DNA from: Bacillus subtilis subsp. subtilis str. 168
GTDB lineage: Bacteria; Bacillota; Bacilli; Bacillales; Bacillaceae
Direction: 5' to 3'
Length of the DNA: 64,000 nt
NCBI RefSeq assembly: GCF_000009045.1
Contig: NC_000964.3
Location: 744,001-808,000, forward strand
Part shown: piece by piece, positions 30,138-40,380 of the stretch
How the letters are laid out: the number at the start of each line of letters is the position of its first letter
Numbering within the stretch: the first letter of the stretch is position 1
Notes under the pieces: generated by a model
Seen by the model: only the letters and a program-made list of their open reading frames with translations
Database searches by the model: none
What the model was told of the DNA's origin: nothing
Made by a program: the position numbers and the translations under genes

Positions 30138-30791
30138 ATGGCAAATCATATTTATCTTGCCGGCGATTCGACTGTTCAAACGTATGGAGACAGCACAAAT
30201 CAAGGGGGCTGGGGGCAGTTTCTCGGCTCGCATCTGCCGGAGCATATTCAAGTGATCAACAGAGCGATCGGGGGAAGAAGCTCGAAAACATTTGTGGAAG
30301 AGGGCAGGCTTCAGGCAATCCTCGATGTGATTGAGCCGGATGATTGGCTGTTCGTGCAGATGGGCCATAATGACGCGTCAAAAAATAAGCCGGAGCGCTA
30401 CACCGAGCCCTATACTACTTATAAACAATATTTAAAGCAGTATATCGCAGGCGCGCGGGAAAAAGGCGCCCATCCGCTTCTCATTACCCCCGTAGCCCGC
30501 TTTCATTACGAAAACGGCGTGTTTTTGAACGATTTTCCTGATTACTGCATTGCCATGAAGCAGACGGCCGCTGAGGAGAATGTCCAGCTCATTGATCTGA
30601 TGGAGAAAAGTCTCGCTTTCTTTACTGAGAAGGGCGAGGAAAAAGTGTACACCTATTTTATGATTTCAGAAGGGATTAACGATTACACGCATTTTACAAA
30701 AAAAGGCGCAAATGAAATGGCGAAACTTGTGGCAAAAGGCATAAAGGAGCTCGGCCTGCCATTGACAGAATCGATCATCAAAGAAAGGTGA
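30138..30791 (+). CDS. yesY: Rhamnogalacturonan acetylesterase (CE12), paralog of RhgT
   Basis: GDST, GGRSS, QMGHND, DYTH. Confidence 0.92.
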   Translation: MANHIYLAGDSTVQTYGDSTNQGGWGQFLGSHLPEHIQVINRAIGGRSSKTFVEEGRLQAILDVIEPDDWLFVQMGHNDASKNKPERYTEPYTTYKQYLKQYIAGAREKGAHPLLITPVARFHYENGVFLNDFPDYCIAMKQTAAEENVQLIDLMEKSLAFFTEKGEEKVYTYFMISEGINDYTHFTKKGANEMAKLVAKGIKELGLPLTESIIKER

Positions 30792-30798
30792 AAATGTG

Positions 30799-32790
30799 AT
30801 GAGAAAACTGTATCATGGCGCTTGCTATTATCCGGAATTATGGGATGAAGAGACGATTCAGCAGGACATTGACATCATGCGTGAAGTTGGCGTAAATGTT
30901 GTGCGGATCGGCGAATTTGCCTGGTCAGTCATGGAACCTGAAGAAGGAAAAATTGACGTCGGTTTTTTCAAAGAAATCATCGCCCGGCTGTATGATAGCG
31001 GGATCGAAACGATTATGTGCACGCCGACGCCTACCCCGCCGATTTGGTTCTCACATGGCCGGCCCGAACGCATGCATGCCAATGAAAAAAGAGAGATCAT
31101 GGGGCATGGCTCCCGTCAGCATGCCTGTACGAACAACCCGTATTTCCGAAAAAAAGCCGCCATCATCACCACAGCCATCGCCAAGGAGCTTGGCCGGCTC
31201 CCGGGGCTGATCGGATGGCAGCTAGACAATGAGTTTAAATGCCATGTTGCAGAATGCATGTGTGAGACATGCTTGCGCCTATGGCATGACTGGCTCAAAA
31301 ATCGCTACGGGGTAATTGAGCGCTTGAATGAAGCTTGGGGAACCGATGTGTGGAGCGAGACCTATCAGACGTTTGAGCAAGTCCCGCAGCCGGGACCGGC
31401 CCCGTTTCTGCATCATGCCTCTCTACGCACTATGTATCAGCTGTTTTCGATGGAGATGATCGCTTCGTTTGCGGATGAACAGGCCAAAATCATCCGCTGC
31501 TATTCAGATGCGCCGATCACGCATAACGGATCAGTCATGTTCAGCGTGGACAATGAGCGAATGTTTCAGAATCTCGATTTTGCCTCCTATGACACGTACG
31601 CTTCGCAGGAAAACGCCTCTGCCTTTTTATTGAACTGTGATTTATGGAGAAATCTGAAACAAGGGCGCCCGTTTTGGATTTTGGAAACGAGTCCGTCGTA
31701 TGCCGCCTCGCTTGAAAGCTCCGCTTACCCGCACGCAGACGGGTATTTGCAGGCCGAAGCCGTATCGTCCTACGCCTTAGGGAGCCAGGGGTTTTGCTAC
31801 TGGCTATGGCGACAGCAGCGTTCAGGCAGCGAGATTTCCCACGGTTCGGTTCTCAGTGCCTGGGGCGAACCCACCATCGGCTATCAAAATGTGCTGGCGG
31901 TTGAGCGGGCAAGAAAGGAAATCGAGCCTATTATTCTATCGACTGAACCCGTTCAAGCCGAGGCGGCGATGACTTACTCTGACAGAGCAAAAGCATTTAT
32001 TAAAACTGAGCCTCACCGGGGACTCCGGCATCGTTCGCTTGTGACGCATTTTTATGAACGTATTCTCAACACGGGGATTCACCGTGACCTTATTCCGGAA
32101 GGCGCTCCACTGGACGGCTATCGCTTGCTGTTTACGCCATTTGTGCCGTATTTGTCTTCTGAATTTATCAAAAAAGCTTCGGCATTCGCTGAAGCGGGCG
32201 GCATCTGGATCACCGGGCCGCTGACAGGAGGACGCACATGCGAGCATACCATTCATACCGATTGCGGACTTGGCGAACTTGAGAAAACGTCAGGGATCAA
32301 AACACTTTTTACCTTTCCGATGAATGAGAACGTGAATACAGGAAAAGCGTTTGGCATCACGGCGCCGCTCGGACTGTGGAGCGCGGTGTTTGACACAGAG
32401 AGCGGAAACACCCTTGGCACGGTTGAAGCAGGACCGGGGGCGGGCCATGCTTTTCTGACGGAACGGAATTACGGCGAGGGGAAAATTGTCATGCTGGGCT
32501 CGCTTCCATCCGGGAAAGAAGGGGATGCGATGCTGGAAGCGCTCGTCAGGCATTATGCGGAGGAAGCTGTTATTTCCAGCCGGTCGGATGTGACACCCGG
32601 CACGATCGTTGCCCCGCGTATAGGCGAAAACGGCCTTGTGTGGATCGTTGTGAATATGGATGGAAAAGGCGGGAGCGTGACATTGCCGGAATCGGGAACG
32701 GATTTGTTGACGCACCGCTTGGAAAAGGCGGGGAGACTGGCGGTCGGACCGCATGAATACCGTGTGATTCAATTTGACAATCACAGCTGA
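30799..32790 (+). CDS. yesZ: Beta-galactosidase (GH42)
   Basis: GACYYPELW, RIGEFAWS, WQLDNE, FWILET motifs. Confidence 0.93.
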   Translation: MRKLYHGACYYPELWDEETIQQDIDIMREVGVNVVRIGEFAWSVMEPEEGKIDVGFFKEIIARLYDSGIETIMCTPTPTPPIWFSHGRPERMHANEKREIMGHGSRQHACTNNPYFRKKAAIITTAIAKELGRLPGLIGWQLDNEFKCHVAECMCETCLRLWHDWLKNRYGVIERLNEAWGTDVWSETYQTFEQVPQPGPAPFLHHASLRTMYQLFSMEMIASFADEQAKIIRCYSDAPITHNGSVMFSVDNERMFQNLDFASYDTYASQENASAFLLNCDLWRNLKQGRPFWILETSPSYAASLESSAYPHADGYLQAEAVSSYALGSQGFCYWLWRQQRSGSEISHGSVLSAWGEPTIGYQNVLAVERARKEIEPIILSTEPVQAEAAMTYSDRAKAFIKTEPHRGLRHRSLVTHFYERILNTGIHRDLIPEGAPLDGYRLLFTPFVPYLSSEFIKKASAFAEAGGIWITGPLTGGRTCEHTIHTDCGLGELEKTSGIKTLFTFPMNENVNTGKAFGITAPLGLWSAVFDTESGNTLGTVEAGPGAGHAFLTERNYGEGKIVMLGSLPSGKEGDAMLEALVRHYAEEAVISSRSDVTPGTIVAPRIGENGLVWIVVNMDGKGGSVTLPESGTDLLTHRLEKAGRLAVGPHEYRVIQFDNHS

Positions 32791-32815
32791 TTCTTTGTAT
32801 CGAATCAGCTTTTTT
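32785..32815 (+). terminator. Terminator-like hairpin between yesZ and yetA
   Basis: AGCTGATTC/GAATCAGCT stem followed by a T-run. Confidence 0.65.
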
Positions 32816-32833
32816 CTATGGAGGGAGAGACAG

Positions 32834-35407
32834 ATGAAAAAGATCAAATGGTTATCAGGACAGCCAAAGGTGACAAGCGGCGTGACGTGGGGCATGCCAT
32901 GGAAAAAAGGAGAATTAAAAAAAGGAGACCGTCTGGCGCTTATGAATGAAAACGCGGAAACGCGATATGTGCAAAGCGAACCGTCGGCCTATTGGCCGGA
33001 CGGGAGCATCAAGTGGACGAAGCACGCGGCGGTGTTTGGCGGTCAGGAAAACCAAAGCTTTACAGTGCACAAAAGAGAAGTGCCGCAGCCAACTGAATCG
33101 CTCAGCATTCTTGAGACAGAGCATGATATCCAAGTGGATACAGGAGCACTCGTTTGTACCATTCATAAAACAGGATCTGATTTCATTCAATCATTGCAGA
33201 TCAATGGAAAGCCGATCGCCGCAGGCGGGAGGCTCGTTGCGATAAGAGAAACGAGAAAAGAGTCAGCGGCGAAAATGGTTCTTTTGCATGAAAGGTCTGT
33301 CAGCTTTATCAAACGGGCGGCGATTGAGCAGAGTGGTCCTGTCAAAGCAGTAGTCAAAATCGAGGGAGTGCATGTGCTTCATAAAACGTATGAGGAATGG
33401 CTGCCGTTTGTCATCCGATTAACGTTTTATGCCGGGCTGTCTGAGATCGGCCTTGTGCACACGCAGCTGATTGACAGGAGCGGTAAACTAGAATTCGTTA
33501 AGGGGCTCGGCATCGAATTCGACCTTTTTTTGGAGGGAGAGCCGTACAACCGCCATTTCCGCTTTGCGGGAGAGAAAGGGATGTATAAAGAACCCGCCCA
33601 GCTGTTTGGCACACGTAAATTCAATGAACGATATCCGCTTTATGAAAAACAAATCAATGGCGAAATGCTGTCTCCAGATGAAGAGCATAAGGAATGGTTT
33701 GCACATGGCACACAGAATGCGGTTTGGGACGATGTCAAGATCGTGCAAGATTCCAGCGATCATTACAGCCTGTCAAAACGGACCGGAAAAGATTATGCGT
33801 GGGTTGGAATGCTGCATGGCAGCCGGGCGAAGGGGCTCTGCTATGCGGGCGGAAAAAATGGCGGTGTGGCTCTCGGCCTGCGGTATTTCTTTGAGAAATA
33901 TCCTTCAGCACTGGAAATCACAGGTCTTGCCGGCAGCCGCCCCAAAATGACTATCTGGCTTTGGCCTCCGGACGGCGAAGCGATGGATTTGCGGCATTAT
34001 ACAGGAAACACTCACGTGGCCAGCGCGTATGAAGGCTTTGATGAAATGCGCTCTGATCCGACAGGCATTGCGAACACAAATGAAATAAGCCTGGCGTGCT
34101 TTTCGCACATGCCGTCTGACGAAGTCCTCAATGCGCTGGCTGACAAATGGCAGGCGCCCCCGCTCATTGTATGCGAGCCGGACGTCTATTACGAATCAAA
34201 AGCACTCGGGGTATGGAGCATCATTGACACATCCCATCCGCTCAAAAAAGAGCTGGAAGAACAGCTTGATGCGGCCTTTCTGTTTTATAAAAAGGAAGTA
34301 GAGCAACGCAGATGGTACGGTTTTTGGCATTATGGCGATGTCATGCATACGTATGACCCGATCCGGCATATGTGGCGGTACGATCTCGGCGGATACGCAT
34401 GGCAAAACAATGAGCTCGTTCCGACCCTATGGCTGTGGCAGGCGTTTTTCCGCTCAGGCAGAGAGGATATCTTCCGAATGGCAGAAGCCATGACCCGCCA
34501 TACGAGTGAAACGGACAGCTTTCACCTCGGTGAATATGCCGGGCTTGGCTCACGGCATAATGTTGTGCACTGGGGATGCGGCTGCAAGGAAGCGAGAATC
34601 AGCATGGCCGGGCTTCATAAATTCTATTATTATCTGACGGGTGATGACCGGACGGGAGATCTTTTGACAGAAGTGAAGGATGCCGATTATGCCCTTGTCA
34701 AAACCGATCCGATGCGCGCTTTTTACGAGAAAGGCAAGCACCCGACTCACGCCAGAACGGGACCGGACTGGGCGGCGTTTTGCTCGAACTGGCTGGCGGA
34801 ATGGGAGCGGACCGAAAATTCGGAATATCTCAAAAAAATCGAAACGGGAATCAACTGTCTGAAGCGGCTGCCGCTCCGCTTATTATCTGGCCCGACATTT
34901 GAATATGATCCGGCGACCTCGATGCTTCATCATATGGGAGACGGCATTGCGGGCGGATATCATATGATCATTGCCTTCGGCGCGCCGCAAGTGTGGATGG
35001 AGCTGGCTGAGCTTCTTGATGACTGGGAATGGGAGGATATGCTGAGTGAATTCGGCGAATTTTACACACTCAGTGATGAGGAAAAACGAAAAAAAAGCGG
35101 AGGCGCTCTTCATGACGGGCATTTTCACTGGCCGATGTTCGCCGCCGGTATGACAGCCTACGCCGCAAGAAAAAAGCAAGATCCTCATCTCGCCGCCAAA
35201 GCGTGGAATCTTTTGCTAGAAGATAAGCTCAGCCATACGCCGCTTCCGATCAAACCGGAGCGCATCGAGACATGGACGCAGCTAGAGGAGCTTCCATGGG
35301 TGACAACGAACACTGTCTCTCAATGGTGTTTAAATGTCATAGCGGCGCTGGAACTGATCGGAGATTCCCTTCCGGCAAAAAAAGAAACATCGGGCAAAAA
35401 AGGATAA
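32834..35407 (+). CDS. yetA: YetA, probable exo-rhamnogalacturonan lyase-like (PL26/PcRGLX-like) cytoplasmic protein
   Basis: ATG 32834 after GGAGGGAG; GVTWGMPW, AYWPDGSIKWT, WYGFWHYGD, GSRHNVVHW; family call from memory. Confidence 0.75.
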   Translation: MKKIKWLSGQPKVTSGVTWGMPWKKGELKKGDRLALMNENAETRYVQSEPSAYWPDGSIKWTKHAAVFGGQENQSFTVHKREVPQPTESLSILETEHDIQVDTGALVCTIHKTGSDFIQSLQINGKPIAAGGRLVAIRETRKESAAKMVLLHERSVSFIKRAAIEQSGPVKAVVKIEGVHVLHKTYEEWLPFVIRLTFYAGLSEIGLVHTQLIDRSGKLEFVKGLGIEFDLFLEGEPYNRHFRFAGEKGMYKEPAQLFGTRKFNERYPLYEKQINGEMLSPDEEHKEWFAHGTQNAVWDDVKIVQDSSDHYSLSKRTGKDYAWVGMLHGSRAKGLCYAGGKNGGVALGLRYFFEKYPSALEITGLAGSRPKMTIWLWPPDGEAMDLRHYTGNTHVASAYEGFDEMRSDPTGIANTNEISLACFSHMPSDEVLNALADKWQAPPLIVCEPDVYYESKALGVWSIIDTSHPLKKELEEQLDAAFLFYKKEVEQRRWYGFWHYGDVMHTYDPIRHMWRYDLGGYAWQNNELVPTLWLWQAFFRSGREDIFRMAEAMTRHTSETDSFHLGEYAGLGSRHNVVHWGCGCKEARISMAGLHKFYYYLTGDDRTGDLLTEVKDADYALVKTDPMRAFYEKGKHPTHARTGPDWAAFCSNWLAEWERTENSEYLKKIETGINCLKRLPLRLLSGPTFEYDPATSMLHHMGDGIAGGYHMIIAFGAPQVWMELAELLDDWEWEDMLSEFGEFYTLSDEEKRKKSGGALHDGHFHWPMFAAGMTAYAARKKQDPHLAAKAWNLLLEDKLSHTPLPIKPERIETWTQLEELPWVTTNTVSQWCLNVIAALELIGDSLPAKKETSGKKG

Positions 35408-35448
35408 CAGCCGGAATTTCATAGGAGAAATGGTGCAAAAAATGAAGA

Positions 35449-35478
35449 TTGCAAGAATTTATGTAAGCGCTTTATATT
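35449..35478 (+). promoter_or_regulatory. Promoter with cre in the spacer upstream of lplA
   Basis: TTGCAA-18-TATATT; TGTAAGCGCTTTAT at 35462-35475. Confidence 0.55.
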
Positions 35479-35528
35479 GAGAGGGGCAAAGGGGAAATGC
35501 AAATTGAAAAAAGGGGGACTTACGCAAC

Positions 35529-37037
35529 ATGAAAATAAGAATGCGAAAAAAATGGATGGCCTTGCCGCTTGCTGCCATGATGATCGCCGGATGCAGCCAT
35601 TCGGAAACATCCAATTCAGCAAGCGGTTCGAAAGATACGATCAAAATTATGGCGCCGCTCTTATCGCCGGAAAGCCCAAGTGATAAGAGCCCTTCATTAA
35701 AAGCGCTCGAAAAATACACAGGCAAAGAGATTAAGGTCACATGGGTGCCTGATTCATCCTACAACGACAAATTCAACATCGTCATGGCTTCAGGAGAGAT
35801 GCCTCACGCGATTGTCATTAAAGATAAGTCAGCCGGCTTTATCAAATCTGTCAAAGCAGGGGCGTTTTGGGAGCTGTCTCCTTATTTAAAAGACTACAAG
35901 AATTTAAGCCAGGCAGATGAAAAGATTTTGAAGAACAGCTCGGTGAACGGCGAGGTGTACGGAATCTACAGAACGAGGGATCTGATCAGGGCGTGTATGA
36001 TCATCAGAACCGACTGGCTGAAAAATGTCGGTCTGGATATGCCGGAAACGCTTGATGATTTCTATGAAGTGCTGAAAGCCTTTAAGGAAAAAGATCCTGA
36101 CGGAAACGGCAAGGATGATACGTACGGCATGGTCGTGCCGAAATGGATGGGACTCGGCAACGGAAGCCCATGGGATGTTCTGCAAATCTGGTTCGGCGCT
36201 CCGAACCGCTACGGTGTTGAAAACGGAAAGCTGATTCCAGATTTTACAACGAAGGAATACATGGATGCGCTCACGTTTTTTAAAAAGCTCTATGATGAGG
36301 GCTTGATCAATAAGGACTTTGCTGTCATGGATTCTGCGAAGTGGAATGATCCGGTTGTAAAAGGAAAAGCGGGTGTCATCGTTGATACAGGCTCAAGAGC
36401 GTCTCAAATCCAAAGCGCGATGGAGGAGGCGGATGAGTCGAACAAGGATATCATTGATATCGTCGGCTCGCTTGAGGGACCGAATGGCAAGCGCACCTTC
36501 CCGACATCTGGTTATTCAGGCATGATCACGATACCAAAATCAAGCGTCAAAACCGAAAAAGAGCTGAAAGAGGTGCTGTCCTTCCTCGATAAGATGAATG
36601 ATAAGGAAGCGCAGATTCTCACGAACAACGGAGTGAAGGGCCGCAATTACGAGCTCAAGGACGGCGTATTCACCTCACTTGAAAAAAACAATAAATCTCT
36701 CCTGTATGAGCATGAAGGCTTGGCACAGTTCAGCATGTCGATTCCGAAAAGCGAGTATTACATCGAAGACCAGAAAACCAAGCTCTTCCAGCATCGCAAG
36801 GACATCATAACCGAAGGAGAAAAAATAGCCGTCTTTAACCCTGCTGAGTCGCTTGTATCTGATGTCTATACCCAAAAAGGAGCCCAGCTTGACAACATCA
36901 TCCTCGACGCGAGAACACAATTTATCATTGGAGAAATTGATGAAAAAGGGTTCGATGATGCGGTGGAGCTTTGGAAAAAAAGCGGCGGCAATGAACTGAT
37001 GAAGGACTTGAACAAATTGTACCAATCGTCAAAATAA
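35529..37037 (+). CDS. lplA: ABC transporter substrate-binding lipoprotein
   Basis: Lipobox IAGC; DGNGKDDTYG; SBP family 1. Confidence 0.92.
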   Translation: MKIRMRKKWMALPLAAMMIAGCSHSETSNSASGSKDTIKIMAPLLSPESPSDKSPSLKALEKYTGKEIKVTWVPDSSYNDKFNIVMASGEMPHAIVIKDKSAGFIKSVKAGAFWELSPYLKDYKNLSQADEKILKNSSVNGEVYGIYRTRDLIRACMIIRTDWLKNVGLDMPETLDDFYEVLKAFKEKDPDGNGKDDTYGMVVPKWMGLGNGSPWDVLQIWFGAPNRYGVENGKLIPDFTTKEYMDALTFFKKLYDEGLINKDFAVMDSAKWNDPVVKGKAGVIVDTGSRASQIQSAMEEADESNKDIIDIVGSLEGPNGKRTFPTSGYSGMITIPKSSVKTEKELKEVLSFLDKMNDKEAQILTNNGVKGRNYELKDGVFTSLEKNNKSLLYEHEGLAQFSMSIPKSEYYIEDQKTKLFQHRKDIITEGEKIAVFNPAESLVSDVYTQKGAQLDNIILDARTQFIIGEIDEKGFDDAVELWKKSGGNELMKDLNKLYQSSK

Positions 37038-37043
37038 ACCGAT

Positions 37044-37065
37044 GCGCCTGCCTTTCGGCGGGCGC
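37044..37065 (+). other. GC-rich stem-loop after the SBP gene, no U-tract
   Basis: GCGCCTGCC-tttc-GGCGGGCGC. Confidence 0.7.
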
Positions 37066-37091
37066 CCCGGTATCACGAAAGGAGAACAGAT

Positions 37092-38048
37092 ATGGAAACA
37101 GTGCCGAAGAAGAGAGATGCACCTGTTCTCACCGCTGGAAAAGGCATCAGCTGGATGGCTGCGCTCAAACGGGACAAATGGCTTTATCTTCTTCTTATTC
37201 CCGGTCTGCTTTATTTCTTGATTTTCAAATACTTGCCGATGTGGGGTGTGCTGATCGCTTTTAAAGACTATTCGCCATATCTCGGCTTCTGGAAAAGCGA
37301 ATGGGTCGGCTTTGATTATTTCAAAGACTTTTTTATGAATCCGGATTTTTTCCGGCTGCTGCGCAACACCCTCATGCTGGCGAGTCTGGATCTTTTGTTT
37401 GCCTTTCCCGCGCCTCTCATTTTGGCTCTGCTTTTGAATGAGGTAAGAAAGGCCGTGTATAAAAGATGTATCCAAACCTTTATTTACGTACCCCATTTTG
37501 TATCATGGACAATTGTGGTCAGCATCACCTTCGTTTTCTTTACTGTCGATACAGGTGTGATCAACAAATTGATTATGAGCCTGACAGGTGAGCAGATTTC
37601 TTTCTTGTCGGATGCAGACTGGTTCCGGCCAATGATTGTGATGCAAAGCATTTGGAAGGAGACAGGCTGGGGAACGATTCTATTTTTGGCAGCGCTTGCT
37701 ACGGTTGATCAAGAGCAGTATGAAGCGGCCATCATGGACGGAGCGGGGCGGTTCAGGAGAATGTGGCATATTACGCTGCCGGCGATTAGAAGCACCATTA
37801 TCGTTTTGTTGATTTTAAGAATCGGCAGCTTTTTGAATCTTGGCTTTGAACAGGTGTATTTGATGACGAACTCACTCAACCGCAGTGTGGCTGACATCTT
37901 CGACACGTATGTGTACATGATGGGGATTACCCAAGGGGCGTATAGCTACAGCACGGCGGTCGGTTTGTTTAAATCAGTTGTCGGGATTATCTTGATTTTT
38001 GGCGCCAATTACATTGCGAAAAAGTTTGATCAGGAAGGATTGTTTTAG
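37092..38048 (+). CDS. lplB: ABC permease
   Basis: YEAAIMDGAGRF; DIFDTYVY; AVGLFKSV. Confidence 0.92.
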   Translation: METVPKKRDAPVLTAGKGISWMAALKRDKWLYLLLIPGLLYFLIFKYLPMWGVLIAFKDYSPYLGFWKSEWVGFDYFKDFFMNPDFFRLLRNTLMLASLDLLFAFPAPLILALLLNEVRKAVYKRCIQTFIYVPHFVSWTIVVSITFVFFTVDTGVINKLIMSLTGEQISFLSDADWFRPMIVMQSIWKETGWGTILFLAALATVDQEQYEAAIMDGAGRFRRMWHITLPAIRSTIIVLLILRIGSFLNLGFEQVYLMTNSLNRSVADIFDTYVYMMGITQGAYSYSTAVGLFKSVVGIILIFGANYIAKKFDQEGLF

Positions 38049-38061
38049 AGGAGGGAGAGGT

Positions 38062-38949
38062 ATGGCTGAAATTCACACGATGCACAACACCAAAGCCGGA
38101 CGGGTGTTTGACGTCTGCAACATTCTGTTTCTCGGCGGTGTCGGCGCGATTACCATTTTGCCGTTTTTATATATTATCGCCGGTTCCTTTGCGACAGAAG
38201 CGGAACTCGCCCAGCGGAGCTTCTTTATTTTCCCGAAAACCTTTACACTTGATGCTTACAAGTATGTGTTTTCGACACCGACGTTCCTTCGAAGCATGGG
38301 CGTGTCCATCTTCATCACGGTGGTTGGGACGGCTGTACAGCTGTTTTTTACCTTCACGATGGCGTATCCGCTGGCGAAACGGCATGTGAAGGGACGGAAT
38401 CTGCTGTTGAATCTGGTGATTTTCTCCATGCTGTTTTCAGGCGGCATGATTCCGACGTACCTTGTCGTAAAATCACTTGGCCTTTTGGATACGTATTGGG
38501 CATTGATTCTGCCGATGGCGATTAATCCGTTCAACCTTATTATTATCAAAAACTTCTTTCAGCAGCTGCCGCGCGAGCTGGAGGAATCAGCAAAAATTGA
38601 CGGCTGTTCCGAAATCGGCGTCTTCTGGCGGATCGCCCTGCCTCTGTCAAAGCCAGTTATTGCGACCTTTGCGCTGTTTTATGCGGTCGGGATTTGGAAT
38701 GATTTCTTCCACGCTCTCTTATATATCAATGACAGTGCAAAATGGCCGCTGCAAATGGTGCTTCGCCAAGTCACAATTTTATCGGATTTAACGGCGACCA
38801 ATGGTGATACGATGCAAAATGCAGTTCCGCCGGAGCAGGGAATTAAACTCGCTGTCATTGTCATTGCGACGCTGCCGATTTTGGCGGTCTATCCATTTTT
38901 ACAAAAACACTTTGCAAAAGGAATGCTGATCGGTTCGGTGAAAGGCTGA
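38062..38949 (+). CDS. lplC: ABC permease
   Basis: ATG 38062 after GAGGGAGAGG; ELEESAKIDG; YPFLQKHFAKG. Confidence 0.92.
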   Translation: MAEIHTMHNTKAGRVFDVCNILFLGGVGAITILPFLYIIAGSFATEAELAQRSFFIFPKTFTLDAYKYVFSTPTFLRSMGVSIFITVVGTAVQLFFTFTMAYPLAKRHVKGRNLLLNLVIFSMLFSGGMIPTYLVVKSLGLLDTYWALILPMAINPFNLIIIKNFFQQLPRELEESAKIDGCSEIGVFWRIALPLSKPVIATFALFYAVGIWNDFFHALLYINDSAKWPLQMVLRQVTILSDLTATNGDTMQNAVPPEQGIKLAVIVIATLPILAVYPFLQKHFAKGMLIGSVKG

Positions 38950-38957
38950 GAAAGGGA

Positions 38958-40298
38958 GTGTTTCATATCAGTACATTAGATCAGATTAAGATTGCCTATA
39001 TCGGCGGGGGGTCCCAAGGCTGGGCCAGAAGCCTGATGAGTGATTTGTCGATTGATGAACGGATGTCAGGCACGGTGGCGCTCTATGATCTTGATTTTGA
39101 AGCCGCTCAGAAAAATGAAGTGATCGGCAATCACAGCGGGAACGGCAGATGGAGATATGAGGCTGTTTCTACTTTGAAAAAGGCGTTATCAGCCGCGGAT
39201 ATCGTCATTATTTCCATTTTGCCGGGATCACTGGATGATATGGAAGTCGATGTGCACTTGCCTGAGCGCTGCGGTATTTATCAGTCTGTAGGTGATACTG
39301 TCGGGCCTGGAGGGATCATCAGGGGCTTGCGTGCTGTGCCGATATTTGCGGAAATTGCCCGGGCAATAAGAGACTACGCACCTGAATCATGGGTCATTAA
39401 TTATACAAACCCGATGTCTGTCTGTACAAGAGTGCTGTATAAAGTGTTTCCCGGCATCAAAGCGATTGGCTGCTGCCACGAGGTATTCGGGACGCAAAAG
39501 CTATTGGCGGAAATGGTCACGGAAAGGCTGGGGATTGAGGTGCCGCGGCGTGAGGATATCCGCGTTAATGTGCTCGGCATTAACCATTTTACATGGATCA
39601 CAAAAGCCTCTTACCGCCATATTGACCTGTTGCCTATATTCCGTGAATTCAGCGCGCACTATGGGGAATCAGGATATGAGCTGGAGGGGGAATGCTGGAG
39701 GGACAGCGTCTTTTGTTCGGCACACCGTGTTGCGTTTGATTTATTTGAAACGTATGGCGCCATCCCTGCTGCGGGTGACAGGCATCTGGCAGAGTTTCTT
39801 CCCGGCCCATACCTCAAACAGCCTGAAGTATGGAAATTTCATCTCACACCTATATCATTCAGAAAACAAGACAGAGCTGAGAAACGACAAGAAACAGAAC
39901 GGTTGATCGTGCAACAACGGGGCGTTGCTGAGAAAGCTTCGGGAGAAGAAGGCGTGAACATCATAGCGGCTCTTCTCGGATTGGGTGAACTCGTCACAAA
40001 TGTAAATATGCCGAATCAAGGCCAGGTCTTAAACCTTCCTATACAAGCCATTGTCGAAACAAACGCATTCATCACAAGGAACCGTGTCCAGCCGATTTTG
40101 TCCGGAGCGCTTCCGAAAGGTGTGGAAATGCTGGCGGCTAGGCATATATCCAATCAGGAGGCAGTGGCGGACGCAGGTTTAACAAAGGATACTGGCCTCG
40201 CGTTTCAAGCCTTCCTCAATGACCCGCTTGTCCAGATTGACCGCAGTGATGCAGAGCAGCTTTTCAATGACATGCTCCAATGCATCATGCAAAGCTGA
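38958..40298 (+). CDS. lplD: Alpha-galacturonidase (GH4, NAD-dependent)
   Basis: KIAYIGGGS, GDTVGPGG, INYTNP, GCCH motifs. Confidence 0.9.
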   Translation: MFHISTLDQIKIAYIGGGSQGWARSLMSDLSIDERMSGTVALYDLDFEAAQKNEVIGNHSGNGRWRYEAVSTLKKALSAADIVIISILPGSLDDMEVDVHLPERCGIYQSVGDTVGPGGIIRGLRAVPIFAEIARAIRDYAPESWVINYTNPMSVCTRVLYKVFPGIKAIGCCHEVFGTQKLLAEMVTERLGIEVPRREDIRVNVLGINHFTWITKASYRHIDLLPIFREFSAHYGESGYELEGECWRDSVFCSAHRVAFDLFETYGAIPAAGDRHLAEFLPGPYLKQPEVWKFHLTPISFRKQDRAEKRQETERLIVQQRGVAEKASGEEGVNIIAALLGLGELVTNVNMPNQGQVLNLPIQAIVETNAFITRNRVQPILSGALPKGVEMLAARHISNQEAVADAGLTKDTGLAFQAFLNDPLVQIDRSDAEQLFNDMLQCIMQS

Positions 40299-40380
40299 GC
40301 TTGCCGATTAGCTCTTTCCGGTTTAGAAAGGAAAGCATTGACCATACTGATAGTATAATCAAGAAGTAGGTGCTATCAAT

